Assembly (NCBI RefSeq): GCF_009914755.1
Contig: NC_060943.1
Direction: 5' to 3' (one strand)
Length of the DNA: 64,000 nt
Origin: the human T2T-CHM13v2.0 reference genome, Homo sapiens
A program made the translations under genes and the position numbers. Below are positions 13,201 to 27,560 of this stretch, in pieces. The first letter of the stretch is position 1. Every line of letters starts with the position of its first letter. The notes below the pieces were generated by a model that searched no databases, was not told where the DNA came from, and saw only the letters and a list, made by a program, of their open reading frames with translations.

Positions 13201-15159
13201 CTTAGCAAATTATGTATAAATGAATTACCTTCCTGGGCTGGTTCCCTCTGAATTACTCCTTGGCTTCTGAGTGGTTTTCCATCAGGACGAACCTTTTCCT
13301 CTCCCTTATGCACCAGCAAACATACTGATACAATTTAAAGGTCATGTTCTTTTCAAACTGACAGAGCCCTCCAAAGTTTTGACGAGAGGCCCTCCAAACC
13401 TCACACCCTACAGGCGGAAAGGAATTAAGTAAAGCATCACTTGCTGGAGGCTCAATCATGTGAACTGATTAGAAAACGCATCCATGGAGAGGGGGGCTTC
13501 TCGAGGTGACTGGCTGCTCATCCCGAAAGGAGATGTCACACCGCGAGGCAGAGTCCCTGCCACTGGGGGTACCCCAGGAGGGTCAATGAAGATATAATTA
13601 CTTTCCCACAAGAAGTCTCTTCTTTTCCCAGTCCCCAGTGGATGTCACTTAATTAGCCTCGCCTTTTTTATTTGATGATAGTCCACCTTTCCCCCCACAC
13701 CCCAAGACTGAATTAATACTATCATTTCTTAGGCTTAGAAGGACTTTTACTTGATAACTACGGAAGCACCGAGAGGATGGATTCTGCATAAATGTGCGTT
13801 GTGTGTAGACATTGACATGTTTATTTACAGGTGTATTTGTATTACCAGGAGGATAGACGGTTCGTGGTGTCTTTTTCTCTTTCTTTTTTCTATTTTTTTT
13901 CTGTCTTTGGGACAAAAAGAGGATGACTGAAATGGCACCATGTTGTTGATGGCATGAGCAGATGCTGCCTTCTGGGAATCCAACCATGGCACTGGACATT
14001 CTTCTGATATCATTATTATTATTATTATTTGACATTTTTGCTTTGATTACTTTGTTCATCTTAAAACTGCCAAGGTTCACCTGAGATGTGACACTTGCTT
14101 GAAGGTCCGAGAATCACCAGATGCTCTGTCTTAAACTGTGTACATGCAATGACATTACCTGTCACAGAAAAGGGAACCTTGATGAAAACCCCAGACAGAA
14201 ATGCAATGGGTGGCTCACACGCCCCCTAACCCTGCTGCAGAGTTCCAGGCAAGGCCCTTTGTCTCGGGTTCTCCTTCCTGCCTGGCTTCTCCTGATTGAT
14301 CTGAGCATCCCTCCTCAAGAGAAGCCCTCTGTAACTCTAGGATTTATCTTTGGGCTGAAAAAAATGATGCTACCTCAAAACACTTATACACCAAGAACTG
14401 AAATAATTTAGCCCATGGAAAATAAAATAAAATCCTTGTTTTGTCATGATTTCACATGCATCCTTAAAGTCAGCCCAGGGCTTGTTAAGTTTTTACTGGA
14501 ATGACTTTGCTTTGAAACTTCCCTCCTGCTTTAATTGACGGATGCACACAAGACCACAGCCTTGGTTGGCCCTGTCATGGAAAGCTGGGGCTGTGATCCT
14601 GGAATTCAGTCATCAAGTAGTTTTTTGGCATTGTTCTTCTGTTGACTTCGCCTCTCCCTGTATCACACCAGTTGTCTTTCCAAAAGGAAGTGTCCCTTTC
14701 CTTCCCTCTGCAAAAGACACAAGCTGCTCTCACCCACTTCCTCCAGCCATCGGCACCTCTGTTTTCAGACCAGCCCTCATGACCCCAGTTAGAGGTGCAC
14801 AGCTGTTCCTGCCAGCCCTTCCTCCCAGCCTCCTTCCTACAGATGCCACCATGACTGTCACACCTTTAAGGTCTGTGTGTCCTGTGAATACAGGTCTAAC
14901 TTGCGGGACACAGAGAGGACTTTGTTGAGCAGGTGGTCCTTAAGTTCAAAATCTGAATTAAGGCATGTACAGCAGCACAGTCATGGGAACCTTGTTCAGA
15001 AACCATAAAAAATCCACGGATGTTCTCGTGGAGACCACACTTCATGCTGTTAAAACTTGACCATCCAAATATTTCCTATCACACCTTTGCGTGGTCTTAT
15101 TGTGTGAGTGGAGGAGTGGGGGCAAGGCAGTCAATTAAATGTGGATCAAATAATCAATC

Positions 15160-15250
15160 ACCATTGACTGGGCACCTTTTGTTGCCCAGCACTCTAGCTA
15201 TTGGCTGGAAATGCTAAAATAAGATCCTGTCCCACTCTCAAGGAGTTCTC
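15160..15250 (-). mobile_element. L2 3' fragment
   Basis: ccattgactgggcacct..cccagcact..cctgtcccactctcaaggagttc. Confidence 0.45.
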
Positions 15251-17079
15251 CATGTGACCAATAGAGAGCCACCTAAACAAACCATTAATTGAGTGCTCCT
15301 CCTGAACCTGCCACAGCTTAATAGAAATTGACAAGGACCCCATGAGAATCTCGAGGAAAAGCAGCAAAGATTTTGGCCCCTCTATTTTAACTGGGTCTCT
15401 TTTTTAAGTGACTGCTGCACTGAGTCACTAATTCAGTAGAACGCTGTGACAAATGCTAGGACCAACGCAATCCAGACCTAGACCTCTATCTGCTTTCCTC
15501 CTAGAAAGAGGAGTTTCACCTTAAAGCAGGAGGGAAGGTGTTTCACACAAGTGGGCTCTTTGCAAACTTGCTAAATCAGTCTTCCTCCATTTCTGGAGGA
15601 AAAAATCTGCACGGCTGCTCACAAATGCCAGAAAGGGAAAGAATCCAAGACCTTGAAATAGCTGAGGCTCTTTCCTTCATTTAAAACTTTTGTTCCTGGA
15701 AGAAGTTGAAGGATGTTTTATAAATGTTTTAAATGCATCGTTCAAAGGCAAAGCTCCTGCCTTCTCTGGGGAGGTGACCCTTCTGTTCTCTCTGCTGATG
15801 TCAGGCCTGAGCTGTGACCTAGAGGGACAGCAGGGCTGGTGACGTCTTTTTACCTCCACACCCACGAAATGGCGCTCTGTCAACTGGGGGAAGAGGAACA
15901 GGGCTGTGGTTGTTTAAGGGGTCTTAAGAAGACAAACCCAGGCCACAGAGTTTCTACGTTTTAAACCTTTCACTGCACTTTTCCTTATTGTCCACATCTG
16001 CCTTTTAAAATACTTTTCATGGAAATTTTATCTAGCTGTTTTCATGACAGGCAAACCCACCGTGCAACAGCCAAATCTGAACTAAGCATTTGAGGAAAAA
16101 CGTTCTCAGTTGTGTCAACGGAGAAATGATGAAATGAACACCAGATCATGTTAGTACAGCCCGTCTGTCTGACCGACACTGACAGCCCCATCTCTTGAAC
16201 ACTTAATGTGTACAAGGCCTGTTTAAGCCAAGAGGAAAGAACTCACAGGGGTAGACCCGGCCTTGAAAGGGGTTTCATTGAGTGGGGCTACACTGGGGAT
16301 GTGTCTGTACCTTGGACAACGCTTGGCTGTGGCTCTGACACCCAGCATGTTTCCTGTGACCAAGCAAAGTGCTAGGGGCTGTTTATTTCACCTGCATGCA
16401 GATAGCCCACCCGGACACCACCCCAAAAGGATGAGCACACCCTGAGACCAGCCATGTCTAGAGGCCAACAGGAAAGGGTCATCAGAAACCCACTGTTCTG
16501 GTGCTTCAGGATAAATCTTGCCTATTTCTTCAAAGATAGAGCATCATCGAACTGGATGATATTTTCTTCTCCTTTGCAAAAGCAATAAAAGCTGCCGGTC
16601 TGGGCTGTGTATCCTGCCTGTGCTGCTAACAAGACACATTCCTTTTTGTTCATGGCGAGTCATGTAAGTTTCTGTCTTATGTCACAATTTCTGACAAGTG
16701 CTTGAGCACAAAAACAGTATCTTGGCACCAAGAAAATGACCATCACTTAAAAAGATGAAACTCCCAAGGACACCAAAAGGGTAAGATTTCATGGGAGATA
16801 TGCAATAGGAAAGCCAGCCCCTCCCATGTCCGGAAGACCATCCCTACAAATCATGTCAGAATCATTCTGCTCTTATCAAACTTCAAGGCAGCCACTGCTG
16901 CAAAACTTCCCTGGTTCAAACCAACCACTTGGCCCAGAGTTGATGTTTAACACTTCTACACATCTCATGGTTAGCTTATTGGGAAAGCCTGACTTGGTAC
17001 AGCCCTGTTCTTTTTTCCACTTTTTAATTATTCTAATTCCTTGTTTTTCTTCTAGGTCCCTTAGAAGACTGATTTCTCA

Positions 17080-17387
<308 letters not shown>

Positions 17388-17654
17388 ACTGATTTCTCAG
17401 TTCAGGCTATCTCTTCTCTCTGTTTGTAACACAAAAGACTTATGCCTCTGAAGGACGTTGTAGAGAGAATATTGCGATGGGAAACATACAACTTTGAATT
17501 TCATTACATCACAAACTTCCTTCTCAAAAATATAACACCAGTTAGTTTAATAAAACATGGCATCTACGGACATACTTATCATGCAGAGGTGCAATAAGAA
17601 ACAATCATATTAACTGAAAACCATGGCTTATTTATGTATTAAAGTATATTATGT

Positions 17655-17879
17655 ACATCTGCACCCAAGGCCTCTCGGACTCATTGCCAGATGGAAATGG
17701 GGAACATGGTGCCAGCCTTCACCCTACACTGGGAAGTTCTTTTCCCTGGGCGAATGTATCCCTTCTGCCTACCTGCTCACATTCCAGGACTCCTGCCAGT
17801 TTACCTACACCCATCTGGACTTAGTGACAACATGAAATCCAGGCTGGGGTATAGCAGAGCCCTCCCTGCTCTGTTCCTG
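17655..17879 (+). repeat. Copy A of a diverged ~225-bp local direct duplication
   Basis: Aligns end to end with 19066-19289; shared perfect block cttcaccctacactgggaagttct. Confidence 0.9.
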
Positions 17880-18290
17880 GCCTTTGCATTTTCGAGGGTG
17901 CTGGGAACTTATCAGTCTAAAATCTATGATGATTTTATCATAGTCACTAGAAGGATCCAAGAGGAAGTGAAAGCTGAAAGGAAAGCACAAGTAAAATTCT
18001 CACTCCAACACCTGACCCAGAAAGCCTTTGGGTTTTGAGGGGTGAGCATGAGGGGGTTGCTGGTTCACCTAAGACCCTCTCCATTCACCATCACGTCCCT
18101 CGGTCTCCCCCGATGGAGCTGTTTCTGAGTCTTACAAGGCAAATATTAATTTGGAAGTCAAGGTCCTATTTGCAAAAGAACAGACAGACATTCTGAGATC
18201 AAGTTCAGACTTAATATACTGAGTCTTGGTGGTGTTGTCTGCTGACAGGATACACTGTCTTTAATATCTCTGCTTAAAATATTACCAACA

Positions 18291-18561
<271 letters not shown>

Positions 18562-18567
18562 CAACAA

Positions 18568-18828
18568 CTTAAATAAATAAGACCTAGTATTTGCTAGCAC
18601 AACAGGGTGACAATAGTAAAAAATAATTATTTGTTTAAAAATAACTAAGAGTATAATCTAACTGTCTGAAACACAAAGGATAAATACTTGAGGGGATAGA
18701 TACCATGTTTACCCGGATGTATTACACATAGCATGCCTGTATCAAAATATTTCATGTACCCCATAAATACATACACATACTATGTATCCACAAAAATTAA
18801 AAACTGAAAAAAATTAAATTAAAAAAAA
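18568..18828 (+). mobile_element. L1MA (L1MA2-like) 3' end
   Basis: aataagacctagtatttg..acacaaaggataaat..catgtaccccataaat, then an A-rich tail. Confidence 0.85.
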
Positions 18829-19065
18829 TTACCAACAATCAGATTAGGTCATCTTCTGCTCTGGCTGAGCTATACCCAAGATAGATAAAACTTCAAGGCT
18901 TCAGAGATTCAGGAAGTGCAGGCAGCTTTGTGGAGAGGCAGGGCCGTGTCACCCAACCATGCCTACTAATCAAGAGCCCTGACTCCCACCAGCCCATCCT
19001 CCCTGTTCCACTGCAACACCTAACTCAGAAGACATGGCCCACTAAACTGGGCAAAACCTAGGTGC

Positions 19066-19289
19066 ACATCTGCACCCAGGCCTCTCCCACCCGTCGCCAG
19101 ATGAACACAGGGCACACGGAGCTGGTCTTCACCCTACACTGGGAAGTTCTGTATCCCTGGAGGAATACATCCCTCCTGCCTTCCTGCTCACGTTCCAGGA
19201 CCCCTGCCAGTTTACACACACCCAGCTGGATGCAGTGATGACAGAAAATTCAGGCTGGGCTGTGGCAGAGCCCTCCTACTCTGTTCCTG
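19066..19289 (+). repeat. Copy B of the ~225-bp local direct duplication
   Basis: Aligns with 17655-17879. Confidence 0.9.
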
Positions 19290-21179
19290 CAGGGGAACAT
19301 GGCATAGACCCCCACGACGAGCAGAGCCAGCTTCCAGCCTGCACAGACTCCAAGCCTTTTATAAAATCAAAATGAGCCTCCCTTAAATAAGGGAAGCAAG
19401 GGAGGGGATTTCAGCTCTTCCTTTCCCAGAGGGCTGGAGCCGATGGCCTCGATGACAGCCTAGGCATTCAGTTGGCTTCGCCTGGAGGAAGAGGGAGGCA
19501 AACGTGCCTGAATGATTCTCCCCAGGAAAGGGAGAGAGTAGGACAACTTGGGGAAAAAACGTTCCTGCAGGGCTGCAAAAATCAGGGAGAGGCGGCAGGG
19601 CAAGGAGACAGGCGTATGTATGTCTGTGTCTTTCAGCTAGGCAGCTCAATCTCAGGTTATTTTATTTGACAAATAAAACTAAACTGCATATTTATGGACT
19701 AATGATGTGAGATATTGCTCTTTTATTCGTATCCACTGCTGTTTAAAGACCAACTGTAAATATTCCTGGGACTTTTTGCAAGTTGGTGTGACTTAGGTAG
19801 GCAGCCCAGAGCACAACCTTGCAGCCCCATTGACAATAGCGGCACTGCCTCAAGGTCAAGGTCAAGATCAGGACGTCACCTCCTTTAGCAAAGTCAGCTA
19901 CTCATTGGGAGCATTTCCTCTCAAAAGCCACAGATTCACGTATCCTTTCAGCAACACTCATGCCTGGCTCTGTGCTGGCCTGGGGCTTTCAGAGCCATCT
20001 GGAGGATGCTGGGCCCTAGTCCTGCTGGTCAAACACCATGAGGCGTCAGTGTTGGGGGCAGGAGATGATGGAGTGTGATGACCCTACCCCCAGAACGGGG
20101 ATAACTCCCCACTCCTCTGTCCTTCGCCATGGGCCAGTGAGAAGCCATCATGCAGAAGGGCAGTTTGTTGGTTGAAGGCATACAGTGGCAAACATAATGT
20201 GTTCTCTGTCATTTGATTTAACCACTCCTGCCATCAAAAATAGGACAGGGAGAAGGAAGCCAGGTCACCTTGTCTTTGGAGGAAAGAAAGAGTTCTGGGA
20301 AATAGTAAGACAAGTTACAGGGAGGGTCTCCATGGGTCCATGCATCTTGCCCAGAGGACAGTGGGCTGGTGGGTGGGAGTGGGCAGAGGAGAAGGCCGAC
20401 CCTCAAACCCAGCAGAGTCAAGGCAGCTACTAGGAGAGCACAGTGTTCTCAGACTTCAAGGGTTGCTAAAGGTGCTGCCTCCCAGCTCTCTGCAGGCCTG
20501 GGTGGTCAGAGCAGGCTGTGTGCTCAGAACAGGTAGGGCCAGCAAAATAAATGCTGCATGGTTGACCCCCGTGCCACCTTTATGGGCTGGGGCTGACACT
20601 GGGGGGTCCCTACTGAGGACAAGCTCAGTTTAGGGGAAATCCCAGCCAGACAACCACCTGGTAAATAGGAATAGCCCTTATGTGGGCTTAGAGAAGACAC
20701 AGATGAGCATCATTCAAATGGAACCTCTCCCCTGCTGAAATCCCACCAAGGCTAAGGGCCTGCTCAGGGAGTCAGGCATATGTTGGTGGGGACAGAGGGC
20801 TTCATACAGCATTAATCTGTAAGAAGCTGCCTTCACAGCAGCTCCTGCTCAAGCATTAATTCATTTTTACTTCCCGTGGTGATAAAGACACACCTCACCA
20901 TTGGCTTTTCTAATGACAGATGTCGTCCCACGGCCCTGCTGTGGTCCTCAAAGATTTGGTGCCCACAGCCAGGGATATTGCTCCCGCCTCTAGCCTTCTC
21001 CCTTTGCTCACCAGTCTGAGTCATCTCTTACCCAGCTGCTCACCCAAAACTAAAAATAACTGGGCAAATGCCTAAAACTGCTCCCACCCTAACCCAGGGC
21101 TCCTCCAAAGATCTAGAAGAAAGGTAGGAAGCCCAGCTTTGGCCTCCATCTCCCAAGAGCACTCCACCAGCCTGCTGCT

Positions 21180-21470
21180 GGCTTAGAGGAAGATGCCTGA
21201 GTACATTCCATGCACCAAGTACTGAGGGGCTACAGAGATGGACATAGCATGGCCTCGGAACTCAGAAACACCACGCAAAGCCACAGAAGTGCTGCAAAGA
21301 GGGTGTTTTGTCCAACAGAGTCACGTGGGAGAGAAATGGATCCTGCCAGGGAAACTGAGAAGGCTTCATGCAAGAGGAGGTATTTCAGAGGAGCAAAACG
21401 TCAGTAGACAAAGAACAAGGAGGGTTTCTCAGGGAGGGGAGCTGTGCAAGCCAAGCTGCAGGCACAGAAG
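21180..21470 (-). mobile_element. L2 fragment
   Basis: tgagtac..atgcaccaagtactgaggggctacagagatg pattern of an antisense L2 3' end. Confidence 0.5.
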
Positions 21471-21719
21471 GAAGCTGCAGTCTGTGAACTCTCCATGAGA
21501 GACTGGGGTGAGAATAAAATCCAGTGCAGCTCCAGGTGGAAGACCCTGCCTGGCCCAGCTCTGCTGGCCTCCCAGACTCATTTTCAACCATGGGCCTCTG
21601 TGTCCTCTAAGCTTCTCTCAAGCTTCCTCCTCTCACCTTAGGGCCTTTGCAGATTCTCCCACTCTCAGCAGTCCTCCCACTCCGGGCCTTCCCTTGGTCG
21701 GCTCCCCCGGACTTTCAAC

Positions 21720-21960
21720 ATTCAACTCAAAGACCTCAGTAGAGCTGACCATCATGTTCATCTGAGGGATTTTCTTCATAGCACTTCCTGCTCTCTGAAA
21801 TTATCTTGTGTTTGTTTGCATGGTCAGCATCTTCCCTAAAGTATATAACCTCCGTGAAAGATACCTTGCCTGTTTTGTTCAGAATCTTCAGAGGCTGGGA
21901 CAATGTCCACTCACAGGAAACCCTCAGTGGCCATCTAAATACCTGATGAGTGCATGAGGG
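21720..21960 (+). mobile_element. L2 3' end
   Basis: ttcttcatagcactt..ttatcttgtgtttg..tgcctgttttgttc..taaatacctgatgagtgcatga. Confidence 0.6.
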
Positions 21961-22191
21961 CAGGAGGGAGTGAAGGAGGGAAGGAAGGAATGGCTAACAT
22001 AAGGTCCGTCAAGGGGCAGGGAGGGAAAACAGAAGGAAAGGCAAATGAGCCTCTTTGTGGACTTGGTGCTGGGCACTGGAATTTGTATCTGCATGGCCTC
22101 TCTGGGAGTTTGTAAAAGCAGTCTGAGAAACTCAGGTAGGTGGAAACTGGCCAGGGCAAAGCTGATGGGCTCTGTGCAGAAATCACTGATC

Positions 22192-22492
<301 letters not shown>

Positions 22493-22622
22493 AGAAACCA
22501 CTGATAATTTTCCACTTTGGGATGGGGTAAGCCACAGTAGTTGAGACTTCCTGACCTACACAGAGAGGCCACTGAGATTCTGGAGCCGGGCAGTTGATGA
22601 AGTTGAAAAGAAATTTGCTCTC

Positions 22623-23027
22623 TGTGTCAGTCGATTTGCATTGTTATAAAGGAATACCTGAGGCTGGGTAATCTATAAAGAAAAGAGGTTTATTTGGCTT
22701 ATGGTTCTGCAGGCTACTCAAGCACAGCACCAGCGTCTGCTCGGCTTCTTCTGGGGAGGCCTCAGGAAGTTTTCCTAGTGGCAGAAAGCAAGCGGGGAGC
22801 TGGCGTGTCACGTAGGGAGAGAGGGAGCAAGACAGCAAGGAGGAGATGTCAGTTTCTTTAACAACCAGATCTCCCATGAACTCATTACTGCAGGGTGGGC
22901 ACCAAGCCATTCATGAGGAATCCACCCCCCATGACCCAAACACCCTCCACCAGGCCCCACCTCCAACATTGGAGATCACATTCTGACATGAGATTTGGAG
23001 GGGGGAAAAAACATCCAAGCCATATCA
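22623..23027 (-). mobile_element. MaLR LTR, MSTB-like
   Basis: ataaaggaatacctgaggctgggtaat..ggggaggcctcaggaag..catccaagccatatca (reverse complement of the tgatatgg start). Confidence 0.88.
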
Positions 23028-24794
23028 ACCTCACTCCATCACAAGTGCTTGCAGGATGCTCTACCTAGCATTCCTATGGGAGTCTTCTCCAGGCCTCCAG
23101 GTGCCAGATCCTTCTGGAAAACAGGCTCTGGAAAGAGGCTGTGTTGGCTTCCCAGAGCAGGCTGCAGCACAGCCCAGCCACGGCACCAACCCCACTGCAC
23201 GTGGGAAGTGCTAGTTCCCAGCGTGACCCAGCTCAGACTCACAGCCCCATCAGAACTGGCACATACCCCAAATCCATGTGAGAACCCAGTGATAGATTCC
23301 CCAGTTCATATGAGAGCTTCCAGTAGACTCTGGAAAGTCCGGGCCCTCCAGAGAAGGGTGATGTCAAGGATGCAGAGGAGGACACAGGGAGAGAAGCCAC
23401 AGGTCTGTGTTCAAGCTACTGAGGACCCAGTGGGCAAGAGAGAGGTTCCCTTGTGCCTTAGGAGTGAGAATTTCCAGGCCACCTGTGGATGAGTTCACAG
23501 CTTACAGGAATACCTGTTGGGTAAAGAGTCTGCAATTACTCACACTTCTCAGCCACTCTGAGAAACTTTTAACCACAAGACCTTTGAGTTTGAGTTTAAA
23601 CACTTTCAAGCTTTTTTGCAATGTTGGGCAAGACAGAACCTTCCAGTGACCTACTGTCTTAATCTGAAAATACTGAGGCTGTCACCCTTTTATGTCTTTG
23701 GACTGTTGAGAGAATGAATGAGGTCAGTGTGCACCTATACCAGGGGCTCAGAAATTCTTGACCCCCAGTTTGTGGTCATTGAGTACTCATATCCCTTCTC
23801 CCGAATATCTTTTGTGCCTCTCTTGCAATGTCCTGTCCGAGAAAAACCCAGCGAGCCCTTGTGTCCAATGGCTGAGTCCAGTTGAACATCCTCAAGCACC
23901 CTCATGACCCACGCTAGCTGAAAGTCGAAGCCACTCCCTGTGACCACCACTCACCCTCTGCCCTCTGGCCCTGGTCCCCTCTGACCACCACTGCCCCATG
24001 ACTTTTTTCCTTCTCTCTCTGCATTTTTACCCTGATGAAATTATTTGCCTATTTCTTCTTCATCCCAGAAGAGTGGGTGTTGGAGCTTTGCAAAGTTTGC
24101 ATTATAAGAAACCAATATTCGGGGCCACAGAACATCAGAGGTTTGGCCCACATGACAACATAGAAAATTCCCACCCACCAGGTTTCCTGCAGCTGCTCCC
24201 CTCCTGCAAGGAATTTGCCAAGGGATGTCGGCTATAGAAAGAGCATTCCAGAACCACGATGATCAAAGTTTCATTGGACCCAAGGGCACAAGGTGGAGTG
24301 GGAAGGGAAGGTCCTCTGCAGAACTCTTTGTATTTGGAAAGAAGAAACCACCAGGCAAGACTCCCGGCATCCTCCCAGCCAGGGAGAGGCTGAGGCTTGG
24401 GGAAGTTGGGTGTTTCCCTGAGGAAGTAAAAGATGAAGCGTTTGTGTTTTGTTTGAATTGATAATGATGTCAGTTTCAGTTATGGGCTCATTACAACAGA
24501 CTTGGGACGTATTAACAGCTCTTTAATTGAATTTGGAAATAAGAAGGAGGGTTTTGAATGGTCTTATAAATAGTGGATGTGCCGGCCTCTGCAGCAACCG
24601 TCTTCAACATTAAACAGGGAGAGAGGAGACAGGGGATCCCCCAACGTCAGCCATTTCTTATCCTCCACAGGGTCCCCACATGCCCACTGTGAGACAATTG
24701 TTATCATTCCTGAGCTGAGCTTGTGGGTGCTAAGGAAGGCATTCGGACCAGGAAGCCCAAATTTGGACCCAGAGAGTAAAAACAGGGCTGGTGA

Positions 24795-25143
<349 letters not shown>

Positions 25144-25637
25144 TATCTTCTCTTCTAAATCAGCAATGCAAGATAAACTGCTGACTGTCCAGCCCCCAGC
25201 CCCCTCCTATAATCTCCACAGGGCCCAAGGCACACGGTGATGGGATGGCCTGCTTTCCTATCAGCCAGGGGCCCTGGCCACCTCCTCTAGGAATCCTGGG
25301 TGCCTGCCCCAGGCCCTGAGAAAGGAAATCTAGACAATCCTTTGTAGAGTGAACAAGAGGATGACCTACCACCTTTGGGCTTTCCCTTTTGCCTTTTCTG
25401 TTTCCCTCACCCTTTCCTCCCTTCCACCTGCTTTCTCCACCACACGCTCTCATATCAACCCCTATGCAGCCTCTTCCAGAAAAATCCATGTTAATTATCC
25501 AGGATACATCCTTCTTTATTTACTCCATGACTATATAACCACATACAAATACGCATATTTACTCATACTTGCATGCATACATATAGACACACATATACAT
25601 CACGTCCATATGCATTACCTGTCTGAGGGGAGGGGAG

Positions 25638-25790
25638 AGAGTTGACAGATTTTGCAAATAAAAACACAGGACATCCAGTTACGTTTGAATTTCAGATAAA
25701 CAACACACAGCTTTTAAGTCATTTCTAGATTATTTCTTGTTTATCTGAAATTCAAATGTATTGAGTGTCTTCTATTTTATCTGGCAACCC
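25638..25790. mobile_element. MER53 palindromic hAT MITE, centre deleted
   Basis: Ends gttgacagat..atctggcaaccc; perfect 20-bp inverted arms at 25684-25703 and 25737-25756. Confidence 0.85.
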
Positions 25791-26599
25791 CGGGAAGAAG
25801 GTGGCTTTATTTTTTTGTAAAATCTGATCACAGTATTCACACATGCACTCTTGAGATCCCATAGCTATCTTTCCAGGTCAACAGGCAGTGCCCTAGTGCA
25901 TTCTTTTTAATGGATGCATAATATTCCATGTTGTGGTTATTCCTCAATTTCTGGATAATGCCCACTACGTTTGGTTAACTGTACTGCAGTGTTGCTCACC
26001 GTCAACAAAAGGAACGGAAGACAATATGGCTGGCTCTGTCATGCCTCCTTAAATTAGCTGTCATGGCAAAGTCAGACCAGAAGTCACAGCAAGAGAACAC
26101 ATCACTCAGAACAGCCAGCCCCAGGAGAGCCTGTGGCTGCATCAAGCACCCTGAGCGGGGAGGAGGGATGACAAAAAGAACTGTGAAATGCCCCTTTCCA
26201 ACAAGGAACATAACAATGGAAACAGAGAGATGCCTCTGACTCCAGGCTGGAAATATGCTCAAATGTAGAAATTCAGACCAACTCGTTTGCCAAAACCCAC
26301 ACCAGCATAATTATTTTGCTCAGCTCCCCCCACCCCACCCCAAACTCCTTCTTTCATCAGTCATATCTTTAACTTCATCCTTGTTGCTGAAAACACAAAA
26401 ATAAAAAATACATAGCAGCTCTGTTGACATTACAGCAACAGCATAAGCCTCATTTTACCAACCATTTAACTCTCTCTAAGGACCCCGTTCAGAGACACGG
26501 GCACGTTGATGGGAGCTGTACAAAGGTCAGTGATTTGGAGGCTCTTTTCGACAATTTGCCAGGATTTTGGCATTTGTAAGCATCCATAGGACAGCTCTC

Positions 26600-27560
26600 T
26601 AGCAAGCTGACCTTGACAGCGAATGGGATAAATAAACCTTCAATTTACCCCCTCCAGCTCTCCGCGAGCTGGGCCAGTCCCCACGGAGCCTTCACCTGTC
26701 CATATCGTTCAACTGCCTGCAACTTCCAACTGACGAACATCCACAGCTCCGCGGCCCAGTGACAAACACCATCTAACAGATAAGGCTTCTGAAAAGTCAA
26801 AGCCAATACTGCTTCCATTGAAAATTTAATGCCAGCTCCATCTTTGCCCATCATTCTTCCGACTGTTCCATGTTTCCCAAGAGGCCCTTGAAGCTAAAGC
26901 ACTGCTCTATAACAGGTAATGACGTAGCATTTAATGATACTGTCCAAAGTGATCCCGGTCTTTGGGAAGTAATGTGCACTCATGTACCAGATAAGCACCG
27001 CCAAACGTACTGAGCCGCCATATCTTTCACGGCCCTGTCACCAGATACAATGTGACACATCCCCGGCCATCCTACCTGCTACTCCTCCGACCCCGCCATC
27101 AGACAAATTGTGCGTTTTCAGAGCAGAGCTCCAAAGCGTTAAGTGAATTCAGGCAAAGGTAGGATGGTAACATAGCCTTAATTAAGTATTCACAGCCTCT
27201 TTAATACTTCAGTGCTCTTGGATTCGCTACTAAAATCTGTGAATTATACCTCATTGAAAAATGTCCTTAATCGACTCTGACATGTTTTATTGGAGGCAGA
27301 AAAAATGTTTCAGTATGATAGATAAGGTTAAAAATGTTACTACTCTGATCATTTACTCTAGTGCCTTGCAAAAGAACTCCAAAGCCAAAAACCATTTACA
27401 TCATTCATCGGATGCAATGGAGAAAAAAAAGCCTTATCTGACAGCCCATTTTAGCTGATGGGACAAAGTGCACATTTTCAATTTTCTGACAAAGTTATGT
27501 TGTTTATGTAGATAAGGGTAAAAACAACTGTAACATTTCTACAGCATGCCATGAGGGCTG
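26600..27560. promoter_or_regulatory. Putative GATA-clustered enhancer
   Basis: AGATAAG/CTTATCT at 26778, 26989, 27320, 27433 and 27510; several TGACA sites; TTAAGTG at 27139; local CpG retention; no repeats. Confidence 0.6.

Noticed and set aside
22995-23492. 165-aa ORF
   Set aside because: Starts in the MST LTR at a non-ATG codon; no recognisable protein features
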